A stretch of 64,000 nucleotides of DNA from an uncultured Gemmatimonadaceae bacterium (lineage in GTDB: Bacteria > Gemmatimonadota > Gemmatimonadetes > Gemmatimonadales > Gemmatimonadaceae), in contig OY970320.1 of assembly GCA_963716745.1 (NCBI GenBank), positions 2,336,001 to 2,400,000 on the forward strand. The letters are read 5' to 3'. Position numbers and translations under genes: made by a program. Positions 10,763 to 20,259 of this stretch are shown here, piece after piece. Positions within the stretch are counted from its first letter, which is position 1; each line of letters opens with the position of its first letter. The notes beneath the pieces were generated by a model. That model did not search any database. It saw only the letters and a list, made by a program, of their open reading frames with translations, and was not told the origin of the DNA.

Positions 10763-11878
10763 TTACCCGTTCGCAGCTCGCCGCGCCGCGATCTCGATCG
10801 GGACGATGGTCCCGTCCTTCGGCAGGATCTTCGGCTGCTTGTATGAATAGCGCTTCCCCTCGTAGTTCCTGAACACCACTTCGTCGTCGTTGATGGACTC
10901 GACGTATTCGGGCAGGAGCGGGACCTTCCCGCCGCCGCCGGGGCTGTCGATCACGAAATACGGGATCGCCAGCCCACTGGTCCACCCGCGCAGCGCCTTC
11001 ATGATCTCTAGCCCAGTCTGGACCATGGTGCGGAAATGCTCGCCGCCGGCGACCTGGTCGGCCATGTAGATATAGTAGGGGCGCACGCGCGCCTTCAGCA
11101 GCTCGTGCATCAGTTTCATCATGATCTTGGGGTCGTCGTTCACTCCGCGCAGCAGCACGGTGTGCGCGCCGAGCACGACACCAGCCTTACTCAGCCGGTC
11201 CAGCGACGCAACGGTGTTCGGCGTCAGCTCGCTGGGGTGATTGAAGTGGGTGTTCATATAGATCGGATGATATTTCTGCACCATCTCGCAGAATTCCGGC
11301 GTGATCCGCTCGGGCAAATGCGCGGTGATCCGGCTCCCAATGCGGATGATCTCGACATGCGGGATCTCACGCAGCTTTTGGAATATGTGCTCCAAACGCC
11401 GGTCCGAAAGCATCATCGGATCGCCGCCCGATAGGATCACATCCCGCACTTCGGGATGATTCCGGATATACTCGAACGCCGAATCATACTGATTGAGCGG
11501 GATCTTCTCCGGATCGCCCACTTTGCGGCGCCGCGTGCAGAAGCGGCAGTACGTCGCGCACACGGGGCTCACGAGGAACAACACGCGATCGGGATACCGG
11601 TGCGTGATGTTCGGCACCGGACTGTCGCCGTCCTCGTCCAGGCTGTCGATCACGCCGTCGGTGATCTGCAGCTCCTCGACGCTCGGGATGTATTGCTTCC
11701 AGATCGGGTCGTCCACTTCCTTGATCAGGTCCAGCACTTCGGGCGTGATCCGCATCTGGAAGTTGTCGAACGCCGGCGCCAGCGCTTCCACGTCGATATT
11801 CTCGCGGCCGAACTTCTCCGCGAGCTTCTCGAGGGTCGCGATGCTGTCGTCCTTGAGGATCTTCTGCCAGTCGCTCAT
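10763..11878 (-). CDS. KamA-family radical SAM 2,3-aminomutase
   Basis: HRYPDRVL, CATYCRFCTRRR (CxxxCxxC), SGGDP, HFNHP, GWTSG, PGGGGK PLP-lysine motif. Confidence 0.93.
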   Translation of the reverse strand: MSDWQKILKDDSIATLEKLAEKFGRENIDVEALAPAFDNFQMRITPEVLDLIKEVDDPIWKQYIPSVEELQITDGVIDSLDEDGDSPVPNITHRYPDRVLFLVSPVCATYCRFCTRRRKVGDPEKIPLNQYDSAFEYIRNHPEVRDVILSGGDPMMLSDRRLEHIFQKLREIPHVEIIRIGSRITAHLPERITPEFCEMVQKYHPIYMNTHFNHPSELTPNTVASLDRLSKAGVVLGAHTVLLRGVNDDPKIMMKLMHELLKARVRPYYIYMADQVAGGEHFRTMVQTGLEIMKALRGWTSGLAIPYFVIDSPGGGGKVPLLPEYVESINDDEVVFRNYEGKRYSYKQPKILPKDGTIVPIEIAARRAANG

Positions 11879-12399
11879 TTCCGCCCGCCGGTAAGAGTCT
11901 TCGTCAGCATCACGCGGTCGTCGTCCACCGCATAGAAATCGCGGATCCGCGCCTGTTCGGTATACCCACGCGCCGTGTAGAACTTGCGCGTCCCTTCGTA
12001 GTCGCCGCGGCTGGAGGTCTCGATCAGGATCATTCTGCCGCGCGCCCTACTCACTCGCTCTTCCACTTCCGCCACTAGCGCACGCCCGGCCCCTCTTCCT
12101 TGCGCCTCTCTAGCCGTCGCGATCCAGTACAAATCCCACGTTCCTTCAGTGACCGGCGTTGGACCAAATGCGGCGTATCCGATCAACGCACCACTCCCAT
12201 CGAACGCCCCTACGAACTGATAGTCGGTATCGGGCTCTTCACCCCGCAATCCAAAGCAGGAATCGAACACCTCGAGCGCGACCTCTACCTCATTCTCCCG
12301 GAACGAACCCGTCCCCCGCACGATCGCCTCGAGGCGATCGCGGTGGCTCGCGTTCATTTCACCAATGCGCACCTCACCAGGCTGCGCGCCGGCGGTCAT
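11875..12399 (-). CDS. GNAT acetyltransferase
   Basis: WDLYWIA..REAQGRGAGRAL, FY..RGY; ATG overlaps stop of upstream ligase (ATGA) and its stop overlaps the KamA start. Confidence 0.85.
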   Translation of the reverse strand: MTAGAQPGEVRIGEMNASHRDRLEAIVRGTGSFRENEVEVALEVFDSCFGLRGEEPDTDYQFVGAFDGSGALIGYAAFGPTPVTEGTWDLYWIATAREAQGRGAGRALVAEVEERVSRARGRMILIETSSRGDYEGTRKFYTARGYTEQARIRDFYAVDDDRVMLTKTLTGGRK

Positions 12400-13458
12400 C
12401 CCTGGGCGACGAAGAGATCCAGTGCGATCCGGTCGGCAATGGTCGCGGGCACGCCGCTCAGCGTGCGCGCCGCCAGCCAGAGTTCGTCGGCCGAGTCCTT
12501 GCGGCGCTTCAGAGCGCTCGCGCACACGGCATGGATCATGTCGGCATACTCGAGACCGGCCACGCGCGCCATGCGCGCCAGAGCCGGCGTCGGGTGCGAT
12601 ATCGGGATTCGAATTGACCTCGAGGATCCACGGCTTGCCCGCGCGATCAATGCGCATGTCCACCCGGCCGTATCCCTCGCCGCCGGCCAGGCGCCAGGCT
12701 CTGAGCGCGATACGCTTCAGCTCCTCGCTCTGATCCTTCGGCATCTTGGCGGGACACTGCGGCACGCTGCCCAGATCCTCGTCGCAGCCAGTTTCCCACT
12801 TGCTCTTGTAGCTCACGATGCGCCACATCCCGCGCGGCATGCCGTCGAACTTGATCTCGGCAACCGGCAGCGCGCGGTCGCCCAGGATGCCGACGTTCAC
12901 TTCGCGGCCGTCCACGAATTTCTGGACGAGCACCTCGGTCCACCGCTCGTGCATCGCCATCACGCGCTCGGAGAGCTGGCGCGCGTTGCGCACCACGCTC
13001 CGCTGCTCCACGCCAATGGACGCGTCCTCGGCGGCGGGCTTCACGATCGCGGGATAGCCCACGTGCGGCATCGGATCGCCGGGGTGCACCAGCGCGAAAC
13101 GCGGGATGGGCAGGCCGGCGCGGTCGAGCAGGCTGTTCACGACATGCTTGCGGAGACACATCGACGTCGTCCAGCTCGAGCTGCCCGTATACGGAAGCCC
13201 GATCACTTCCACCGCACTAATGACGCTCGGCTCCAGCTCGGCGACTCCGTCCACGCCTTCGCACAGATTGAAGATCAGATCGAACTTCCCGCGGCGCACG
13301 CGCTCCACCCAGCGGCCGTCAGGATTCACCGGAACGCGCACCACCGTATTGCCGTCGGGGGTGAGCGCGTTCTCCACCGCCTCCACAGTATCGAGGATGG
13401 CGAGATCCGCGCCCTTGCCGAGCGCGGCGGGTCCGTCGAAGAGGACACCGATCTTCAT
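12396..13458 (-). CDS. D-Ala-D-Ala-ligase-like ATP-grasp enzyme 2 (frameshift near 12590)
   Basis: FNLCEG, PYTGS, IVKPAAEDASIG, GREVNV, YGRVDMR, LEVNSNPD; C-terminus in ORF 12396-12650. Confidence 0.88.
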
Positions 13459-13479
13459 GTTGTTTCTCCTTGCTTGCGC

Positions 13480-14736
13480 CTAACCGATCGCGGCGGTGCG
13501 CCGGTTGCGGCGCACAGCCTTTCCGGTGAGGCGGACGTTCTGCCGCTCCGCCGCATGACGGAGACAGGCTTGGATGAGCTGGTCGTAATTCATGCCCGCC
13601 GCGCGCGCGGCCTTGGGGAAGCAGGAATTATCGCGCGGGTCGGGAAGGATGCCGGGCAGGGGATTCACTTCGACGACGTTGGGCGTCCCGTCGCCATCAA
13701 GGCGAATATCGATGCGCGACCAATCGCGGCAGCCGAGCACGAAGTAGGCGGCGAGCGCCACCTGCTCGATGCGGGACTGCAGCGCGCTGAATCGACCTGC
13801 GCGGGGCATTCGAAGATCTCGAGCGGATTCTCCGGACGGTCCCAGAGCCACTTGGCCTCGAAGCCGTACACCGGCAGCGCGCCCTCGGGGAGGGCGGCGA
13901 AGTTCATCCCTACTATAGGTAGTACGCGCGCGCCCGAGCCGTTGCCCAGCACGGCACACGTGAACTCGGCGCCGGGGAGCCACTCTTCCACGAGCACGGG
14001 CTGTTGATAGTGCTCGAGCAGGAACAGCGTCTGTTCCGCGAGTTCGGCGGGCGTACGGCAGAAATTTCTTTCAGTTATGCCCTTCGATGATCCTTCGTGC
14101 ACCGGTTTGACGAAGAGCGGCAGGCGGAGCCGGCCGTTCACACCGCGCAGGCGGCGGGTGGTCACGCGCTCGAGAAGGGCGGTGACCTCATGCGCGGCCC
14201 TCACCAGCACAAAAGGGGCGGTGGGCACCCGGTTGTAGGCGAGATATTCTTTCGTGCGCGCCTTATCGAGCCCCATCGCGAGCGTGAACGGATCGGAGCC
14301 GGAGTAGGGAATGCCATAGAACTCGCAGATCGCCGGCACATGGGCCTCGCGATTCGCGCCATTCATCCCTTCGGCAATGTTGAAGACGATATCGGGCTTC
14401 GCGACGCGGAGTTTCTCGGGGAAGTCGGCTGTGGCTTCGAGCCGGATCACTTCACCGACCGCGGCCAAGTGCATCCTCGACCGCATCGATCGTCTCGGCG
14501 CAATCCCACTCAGCGTATTTATCGTTGACCGTGCTGAGGTGGTGAGCGATGACTTCGGGGGCGGGGAAGTGCGAATCGGGATTCGATTCGGCGACTCGCG
14601 AGCGGCGCGACCATTTGCGGCGGCGGCTTGAGATCTCTTCGGCGGGACGCGAGGGGTCGGCGTCAGCTGAGAGGCGAAGAGATGCGGAGTCGGGTTTTTG
14701 ATTGTAGGCGAAGCCTATTCGACTCATCTGCTCCAT
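13480..14736 (-). CDS. D-Ala-D-Ala-ligase-like ATP-grasp enzyme 1 (frameshifts near 14460 and 13800)
   Basis: ORFs 14452-14736, 13665-14486, 13480-13983: YAEWD..ETI, FNIAEG, PYSGSD, FVKPVHEGSSKGI, SRIDIR, EVNPLPG. Confidence 0.88.
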
Positions 14737-14775
14737 GGGGAACGAGCGAACTACTCGCGAGACTTCACGCGGAGA

Positions 14776-14804
14776 AAGATAGGGTGGAAAGAATTTTAGT
14801 GCAA
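14776..14804 (-). promoter_or_regulatory. sigma70-type promoter of the ATP-grasp/GNAT/KamA operon
   Basis: Minus strand TTGCAC-17 nt-TATCTT with an AT-rich upstream tract. Confidence 0.55.
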
Positions 14805-14872
14805 TGATTTCTTTGGAGAAATATTTTCACGCACTACGGCACGACTCACGACATCACTTGCACATCCAACCT

Positions 14873-15500
14873 TGCAGTCAACAGTAAACAGTCACGAGTG
14901 ACTGCCAGTCAACAGTTCACAGTCAACAGCTCACAGAAAACAATTCAGCGTGCGCTGCTGTGATGATGACGATTGGAAAGTTTGGAGGTAGCATGCGCGA
15001 TGCAGATCAGAAGTCATCGGGATCTCATCGTGTGGCGGCGCGCGATGGAGTTCGTGGCGGAGGTGCACGGCCTCAAGCGGAAATTCCCCGCGCGTGAGGG
15101 GAAGGAGTTGTGGAATCAGCTCCTTCGCGCGGCGATGTCCGTGCCCTCGAACATCGCGGAGGGTGCTGGTAGAACCTCTCGCGGTGACTACGCTCGGTTT
15201 CTGTCGATCGCCCGCGGCTCCATACAGGAGGCCGATACTCATCTCGCGATGGCCGTCGCCTTCGGCTACTTGCGACCCGAGGACATCCACCGGGCCGAGG
15301 CACTGAGCTACGAGGTACTGCGGATGCTCACGAAACTCGCGAGCGTTCTCGCCAAGCCCGCGCCCGAATCCGCCACGATGTGAAAAGGGAGGTCGGCCGC
15401 GCACATTGCGCTCGGCCGCCTCCCCGATCCGCTTTCTGTGACCTGTTGACTGTTGAGCTGTTGACTGGCAGTCACTCGTGACTGTTTGCTGTTGACTGCA
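14873..15500. mobile_element. Inverted-repeat element (family A) carrying a four-helix-bundle gene
   Basis: Arms 14873-14939 and 15433-15500 are reverse complements (3 substitutions, 1 indel), built of CAGTCAA-like heptamers; same arms at 24276-24479 without the gene. Confidence 0.7.
15000..15383 (+). CDS. Four helix bundle protein (23S rRNA IVP / Avd-like family)
   Basis: SHRDLIVWRRAM, FP..E, QL.RAAMSVPSNIAEG.GR, FLSIARGS..E signature. Confidence 0.92.
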   Translation: MQIRSHRDLIVWRRAMEFVAEVHGLKRKFPAREGKELWNQLLRAAMSVPSNIAEGAGRTSRGDYARFLSIARGSIQEADTHLAMAVAFGYLRPEDIHRAEALSYEVLRMLTKLASVLAKPAPESATM

Positions 15501-15536
15501 GGGTGAAGCGTGCAGGTGGCGCAGTGCAGCCGTCCG

Positions 15537-16290
15537 TTAAACCTTGTGGTAAAGGATCCTCGCCGCCTCCCGGCGATCTTCCGCCTGATAAACCTCAAAA
15601 TCCCCAAAAAACCCCGGCGCAATCCCCTGCAACACGCGCAACACCGAAATCGCACATCGCCGTATCTCCTGCTCCGCCCCTTCTCCACGACCGCAGTTCC
15701 AGCATCGTCCGCCAAGCTCTCGCATTCCCCGTCACAACGATCTTCGTCTCCGTCGCATTAGGCAAACCGCCCGCGCCGCCTCACGCGCCATCTTCCGGCG
15801 ATGGACCTTGTCCGCGATCCATCCATACCGCTCCATCAACGCCTCCACCATCGCGATATATGCCGCCAACGCCGATTCCATCTGCGCCTTCCACGCAGTC
15901 TCGAGCGCCGCATCCCCGATCACGGCCGGCGGGATCACGAAATTGGCATCGGTCTCGTCAACATACCGCTGCGAGAGCTGCGAATACGCGAACCCCGCCC
16001 GGTGACGCACCAACTCATGCGTCAGCGACCGGCTCACACCCTCCAAGAGCAACGAATAATTCGCATGCTCGAGCACCGATCCATGACCCTGCTTCTTAAT
16101 GTTCTCGAGATAATCCCGCGTCGTCCTGCTCGCCGGATTCTTCTGACTCATATAACACAACCGCCCCGCGAACTCGGCGAGGCGCTCCCCGTCCGTACTC
16201 TCGCCCATCCACTTCACCGGCAAATGACTCGGGCTCTTTGAACGCCGGCTGGGACAGAACGGTTATGACGGGTTCAGCGAAATATTTCAT
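15537..16290 (-). CDS. thyX: Flavin-dependent thymidylate synthase (frameshifted)
   Basis: AGRLCY, GHGSVLEHA, THELVRHR..FAYSQLSQRY, AREAAR; pieces in ORFs 16096-16290, 15732-16223, 15537-15725. Confidence 0.92.
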
Positions 16291-16342
16291 GACCCTGCAG
16301 TTGTAGTGGTAGGCGACAGCCGACGGCGACAGCCGAAATTAC

Positions 16343-17965
16343 TTAGCGTCGCCCAACGCCGAAAGCCGCGATCTGTTCCACGCTCGCTCGCGCTCGATGG
16401 AATCCAGCGCCGCCCGCGCCGCCGCCGGCAGCGGCGGCAAGGCCGGGTCGTACTTTACGTCGCCCACCGGCTTCTGACCGGCAGCCGGCACCTTCACGCC
16501 CGGGATTCAAGATCCCGGCCGGATCGAACGCGTCCTTCACGATCTTGAACAGCGCGCGCGATTCATGATGCCACGTCCGGTCCATGAGCGGTGTCCGGAT
16601 CCGGCCGTCGCCATGCTCGCCGCTCAGCGTCCCGCCAAGCTTCTGCACGAGCTCGGTCACGTCCTCGAGCACGCCATCGACCGTCTCGCGCCAATCGCTC
16701 GCGCTCACGTCGACGAGCGGATTCACGTGCATGTGCGCATCGCCGGCGTGCCCGAAGATCACGCCCTTCACGCCATGATCTTCCAGGATCTTCCGCACGC
16801 CGCGCACGTAGTCCACGAGTTGGTCGGGCGGCACGGCGCCGTCTTCGATGAATTGCATGCTCTTGAGCCGAGGATCGAGGCGGGCGAGGATCGGACTCGC
16901 GGCGTGGCGAAGTTTCCACAGGGCGCCCTCGCTCCCGGGGTCGAGCGCGACGCGGATATTCATCGCCCCCGCGCCGCCGAAGAGCCCTTCGAGCTGCCGG
17001 GCGGCCGCGATAGCGGACGTCGCGTCTCCGGCCTCGACTTCTACGAGCAGTACAGCATCGGTGCCATCCGTGACGCCAATGTCGTCGCCCTCGCTGGTCG
17101 CGACGGCCAGGAACGTCCGGTCGATCAGCTCGCACGCGCTCGCGCCATTCGCGCGCGCCCGCGCCGCCGCATCCACGGCCTGCATCACGCTCGCGAACTC
17201 GGCGAGCAGCGTGCACGTCGCGGCCGGAACGGGCACGAGCGACACCTCGACGCCCACGAACATCGCGAGCGTCCCCTCGCTGCCGACGAGGAGATCGATC
17301 AGCTCGCCGCTGCGCGCGTAGTCCGCGAGCGCGTAGCCCGAGCTCTCCTTGCGCACGCCGGGATGCTGCCGGTAGCGGCCGGGCGAGGCGAGGATCGCGG
17401 GATGCGCGGTCTTGTGGAACCGTTCGAGCGCGGGAATGTCCGGCGGGAGCGGTGAGCCGCGGCGCACCACGGCGCGCGAGCCGTCGTCGAACACGCAATC
17501 GAGCGCCGTGACCCAGGCGCGCATCGCGCCGTAGCGCACGCTGTGCGCGCCGGCCGCGTTGGTCGCCGCCATGCCGCCCACAGTGCAAAAGGCGCCGCTC
17601 GACGGGTCCACCGGGAATCTCAGTCCATGCGCGCGTGCCTTCTCATTCACCTCCGCGCGCGTCGCGCCCGGCCCCGCCCACACTCGGCGCCATGTCTCGT
17701 CCAACCGGGACACTCCGCCCAGCCGCGAGAGGTCGACGATGACACCGTCGCCCACCGCGCCGCCGGCCATCCCGCTGCCGCTGCCGCGCGGGATGAGCGG
17801 CATCGCGTTCGCGCTCGCCCATTTTGCGAGCGCGCACACATCGTCGGCGTCGGCCGGCACCGCGACCGCCCGCGGGATGACGCGCGCGATCCCCGCGCCC
17901 TCGGAATAGACGGCGCGTGCCAATTCGTCCTCGCGAAAGATCCCGCGGAATCCGGTCGGTTGCAC
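16343..17965 (-). CDS. FAD-linked oxidase (GlcD/D-lactate dehydrogenase-like)
   Basis: RGSGSGMAG, PVDPSS, TVGGM..TNAAG, GSEGTL, GHAGDAHMH, SGEHGDG; start approximate, C-terminal frameshift likely. Confidence 0.85.
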   Translation of the reverse strand: MQPTGFRGIFREDELARAVYSEGAGIARVIPRAVAVPADADDVCALAKWASANAMPLIPRGSGSGMAGGAVGDGVIVDLSRLGGVSRLDETWRRVWAGPGATRAEVNEKARAHGLRFPVDPSSGAFCTVGGMAATNAAGAHSVRYGAMRAWVTALDCVFDDGSRAVVRRGSPLPPDIPALERFHKTAHPAILASPGRYRQHPGVRKESSGYALADYARSGELIDLLVGSEGTLAMFVGVEVSLVPVPAATCTLLAEFASVMQAVDAAARARANGASACELIDRTFLAVATSEGDDIGVTDGTDAVLLVEVEAGDATSAIAAARQLEGLFGGAGAMNIRVALDPGSEGALWKLRHAASPILARLDPRLKSMQFIEDGAVPPDQLVDYVRGVRKILEDHGVKGVIFGHAGDAHMHVNPLVDVSASDWRETVDGVLEDVTELVQKLGGTLSGEHGDGRIRTPLMDRTWHHESRALFKIVKDAFDPAGILNPGREGAGCRSEAGGRRKVRPGLAAAAGGGAGGAGFHRARASVEQIAAFGVGRR

Positions 17966-18029
17966 GAAAGGGAGATTGGCGACCCGCGGCCTCGTTGACA
18001 AGCGTCTCACGCGGCGGCCATCATCCCTC

Positions 18030-18839
18030 ATGGCCATTGACGCACCGCGCGAGCACGGTCAGCTGATCAAGATCGAGACCGACCGCCGGCTCGGACACGA
18101 GTGGGACGAATGGGACGGCACGCCCCTGGATAACGGAGGCGATTTCCGCTCGCCCGCTCGCCTCTATTTCGGCTTCACCGCGGTGGGGTTCGCGATCGCC
18201 GCCGCGGTGCTCGCGGCGGGGGTCTATTTGCTGGCCCCGCGCCTTGGGGCTTTGTTCGGTTCGGGGGTCCCGGCGGCCCTCTACTATAGTATAGGCGGGG
18301 GGCTGGTTCTCGGGCTCGTTTGGCTGGGGCTGATCGCGGCCGCCGTCTATTCGGGGCGGGCCGTGCTCCCGGAGCGGTTGGCCGAACGGGGACTCCTCTT
18401 GAAGACCCTCAATCTCGCCTGGCGCACCGGCGAGCTCTTTGGTGTGAAGCGCGATTGGACGGGACACGCATCCGTGGCCGTGTACGACCGGCTCGCACTC
18501 GCAAGAGAACGATCACTCTCGCCCGATGAATTGCTCATCCTCGTTCCGCGATGCTTGTCGCGGGAATCGTTGGATGGCGTTCTCGCCATCGCGAAGCGGC
18601 ACGGCGTATCGGCGTTCGTCGCGACGCGCGGCCAATTGGCGCGACGCGTGATCAAGGAACGGCGTCCGAAAGCTGTCGTGGCCGTAGCATGCGAACGCGA
18701 CATGGTCAGTGGATTGCACGATGTGGCGGGGCGGGTGCCGGTGCTGGGGCTGACCATGACGCTGCCCAACGGGCCGTGTAAGGATGCTTCGATCGATCTG
18801 GCGCGCATGGAAGAGTTTGTCGCACGTTATCTGAAATAG
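18030..18839 (+). CDS. DUF116-like membrane protein
   Basis: 2 TM helices; LILVPRCL, VAVACERD, NGPCKD motifs. Confidence 0.75.
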   Translation: MAIDAPREHGQLIKIETDRRLGHEWDEWDGTPLDNGGDFRSPARLYFGFTAVGFAIAAAVLAAGVYLLAPRLGALFGSGVPAALYYSIGGGLVLGLVWLGLIAAAVYSGRAVLPERLAERGLLLKTLNLAWRTGELFGVKRDWTGHASVAVYDRLALARERSLSPDELLILVPRCLSRESLDGVLAIAKRHGVSAFVATRGQLARRVIKERRPKAVVAVACERDMVSGLHDVAGRVPVLGLTMTLPNGPCKDASIDLARMEEFVARYLK

Positions 18840-18845
18840 CGCCGG

Positions 18846-19003
18846 AACTGCAGACCTAGACGCTAGATCTAGACGCTAGAAGGCAACTGCAACTAGAATC
18901 GCAACTACGGGCTGTTGGCTGTCGGCTGTCGCCTGCTTGCGACAGTCGACAGCCGACAGCCCGTTCTTGCTGTGGCTGCGGCAGTTTAGCGTCTAGGCCT
19001 GCA
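18846..19003. repeat. Nested IR element: family C arms outside, family B hairpin (18907-18964) inside, AACTRC hexamer spacers
   Basis: AGACCTAGACGCT units; GGCTGTT/GGCTGTC vs GACAGCC heptamers; between convergent genes. Confidence 0.85.
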
Positions 19004-19005
19004 CT

Positions 19006-19698
19006 TCAGTATCTCGCTCCCCCCACCGGCACCTCGGCAGCGAGAGACCACCGCATTCCATCGCGCGAGAGGATCAGGAACGCTGCGGCCTCGAGGTGGC
19101 CGGGCTCCACCGAGCGGCGCTCGCGCAACGTAGCGTATAGCATTGCGGTATTCGCATCCGGCGTGATGCCGGGGATGCTGAGCGAGAGGATGCCGGGGAG
19201 GCTGTCCAGCGGAAGGCCCGCAAGGACGTCGGTCACGACGCTCTCCTTCATCGGCTCCTCGGCGCCAGGCGCGAGGATGTGCCGCACGGTGGAGGAATCG
19301 AGGAATGTCTCCTGCGTGCTACCAACCACGTATCCGAGATGTCCGTCGAGCCAATGACTCGTCGCGTTCGCCGCGCGATAACTCGTTAATAAGCTGTCGA
19401 GCATGCCAGGCGGCACGACTCTGCGCAATGCGGTGATGATGCTTGGATCGGATAGATGCACCGCACCCGATTCGCTTTGCATTTGCAATAGAACGACACC
19501 GCGGCGGTACTGGTTGGCGTACTGCAATGGATGGTATACGGTATCGATCACCGCGACGTACAGCTCATCTTCTTGCGGCACGACGCCCTTTTCGCGCGGA
19601 TTTCCCCGTAGCGGCGTGCCCGCGAGGGCGCCGGCGACGAGAATGAGCCAGATGCCGCCGATCATGAGCGCCGGCGCTATCAGTTTATTGCGCGACAT
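19006..19698 (-). CDS. Hypothetical exported protein
   Basis: ORF with N-terminal hydrophobic helix; no family recognised. Confidence 0.6.
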   Translation of the reverse strand: MSRNKLIAPALMIGGIWLILVAGALAGTPLRGNPREKGVVPQEDELYVAVIDTVYHPLQYANQYRRGVVLLQMQSESGAVHLSDPSIITALRRVVPPGMLDSLLTSYRAANATSHWLDGHLGYVVGSTQETFLDSSTVRHILAPGAEEPMKESVVTDVLAGLPLDSLPGILSLSIPGITPDANTAMLYATLRERRSVEPGHLEAAAFLILSRDGMRWSLAAEVPVGGARY

Positions 19699-19724
19699 GG
19701 CTGGGCGAGCGCACCGCAACGGCA

Positions 19725-19886
19725 GGCTGTTGACTGTCGGCTGTCGCCTGCTGGAACATGATGATCATGTAAATCATGTAAATCCTGTCCAAGTATTTCG
19801 GTTCGCGACAGCCGACAGCCGACAGCCCGTAGTTGCAGTTGAAGTAGCAGTGGCCGTCTAACGTCTCAGTCTAGAGTCTAAGTCTG
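19725..19886. repeat. Composite repeat: family B arms enclosing a family D 9-mer tract, followed by a family C arm
   Basis: GGCTGTTGACTGTCGGCTGTCGC / ATCATGTAAATCATGTAAATCCTGTC / GCGACAGCCGACAGCCGACAGCCC / GTCTAACGTCTCAGTCTAGAGTCTAAGTCTG. Confidence 0.85.
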
Positions 19887-19890
19887 TCGT

Positions 19891-20259
19891 TCAGTTCCAG
19901 CCGCCGCCGAGTAGGACATGGAGGGCGGAGAGCGTGAATTCGATGATGGCGCCGATGCTGATGAATGCGGCGATCCAGCGCAATGATTCATACGCCGTCG
20001 TGACCGCCTTCGGCGGGTTGGGGGTGGCGTGCGCATAAGTGAGCGCGCGGTCCACGAGTCCCCAGAACGCCGTTCCGGTGGCGGCGATTAGGAGCATGCC
20101 GAGCATCCATGCCTTCGGCCATGCGAGGAGGATCACCGTACTGCCGAAGAGTCCGGCGCTGAGCGCCGCAACGAGCGAGCGGATGCGCAGGGCGCGCAGC
20201 CGCGCCGCAACGTTGCCGATGGCCGATGGCCGATGGTCGATGGCCGGATCGTCCGCCAC
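19891..20259 (-). CDS. Hypothetical 3-TM membrane protein
   Basis: GTG overlaps the ppk2 stop; three hydrophobic segments. Confidence 0.6.
   Translation of the reverse strand: MADDPAIDHRPSAIGNVAARLRALRIRSLVAALSAGLFGSTVILLAWPKAWMLGMLLIAATGTAFWGLVDRALTYAHATPNPPKAVTTAYESLRWIAAFISIGAIIEFTLSALHVLLGGGWN

Noticed and set aside
10578..10850. 90-aa ORF with a Tat-like SRRAFL motif
   Set aside because: It overlaps the KamA 3' end, a hairpin and a repeat half; no hydrophobic core follows the motif.
10763..11878. EF-P beta-lysylation enzyme EpmB
   Set aside because: No efp or epmA adjacent; the context is ATP-grasp/GNAT, so no specific symbol was assigned.
11875..13458. Natural ATP-grasp-GNAT fusion (527 aa)
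   Set aside because: The junction peptide is out-of-frame text; the ligase C-terminus is in ORF 12396-12650 and the GNAT has its own ATGA-coupled start.
14873..15500. Diversity-generating retroelement or rRNA intervening sequence (Avd/IVP-like gene)
   Set aside because: No reverse transcriptase, no TR/VR pair differing at adenines and no rRNA sequence in the window.
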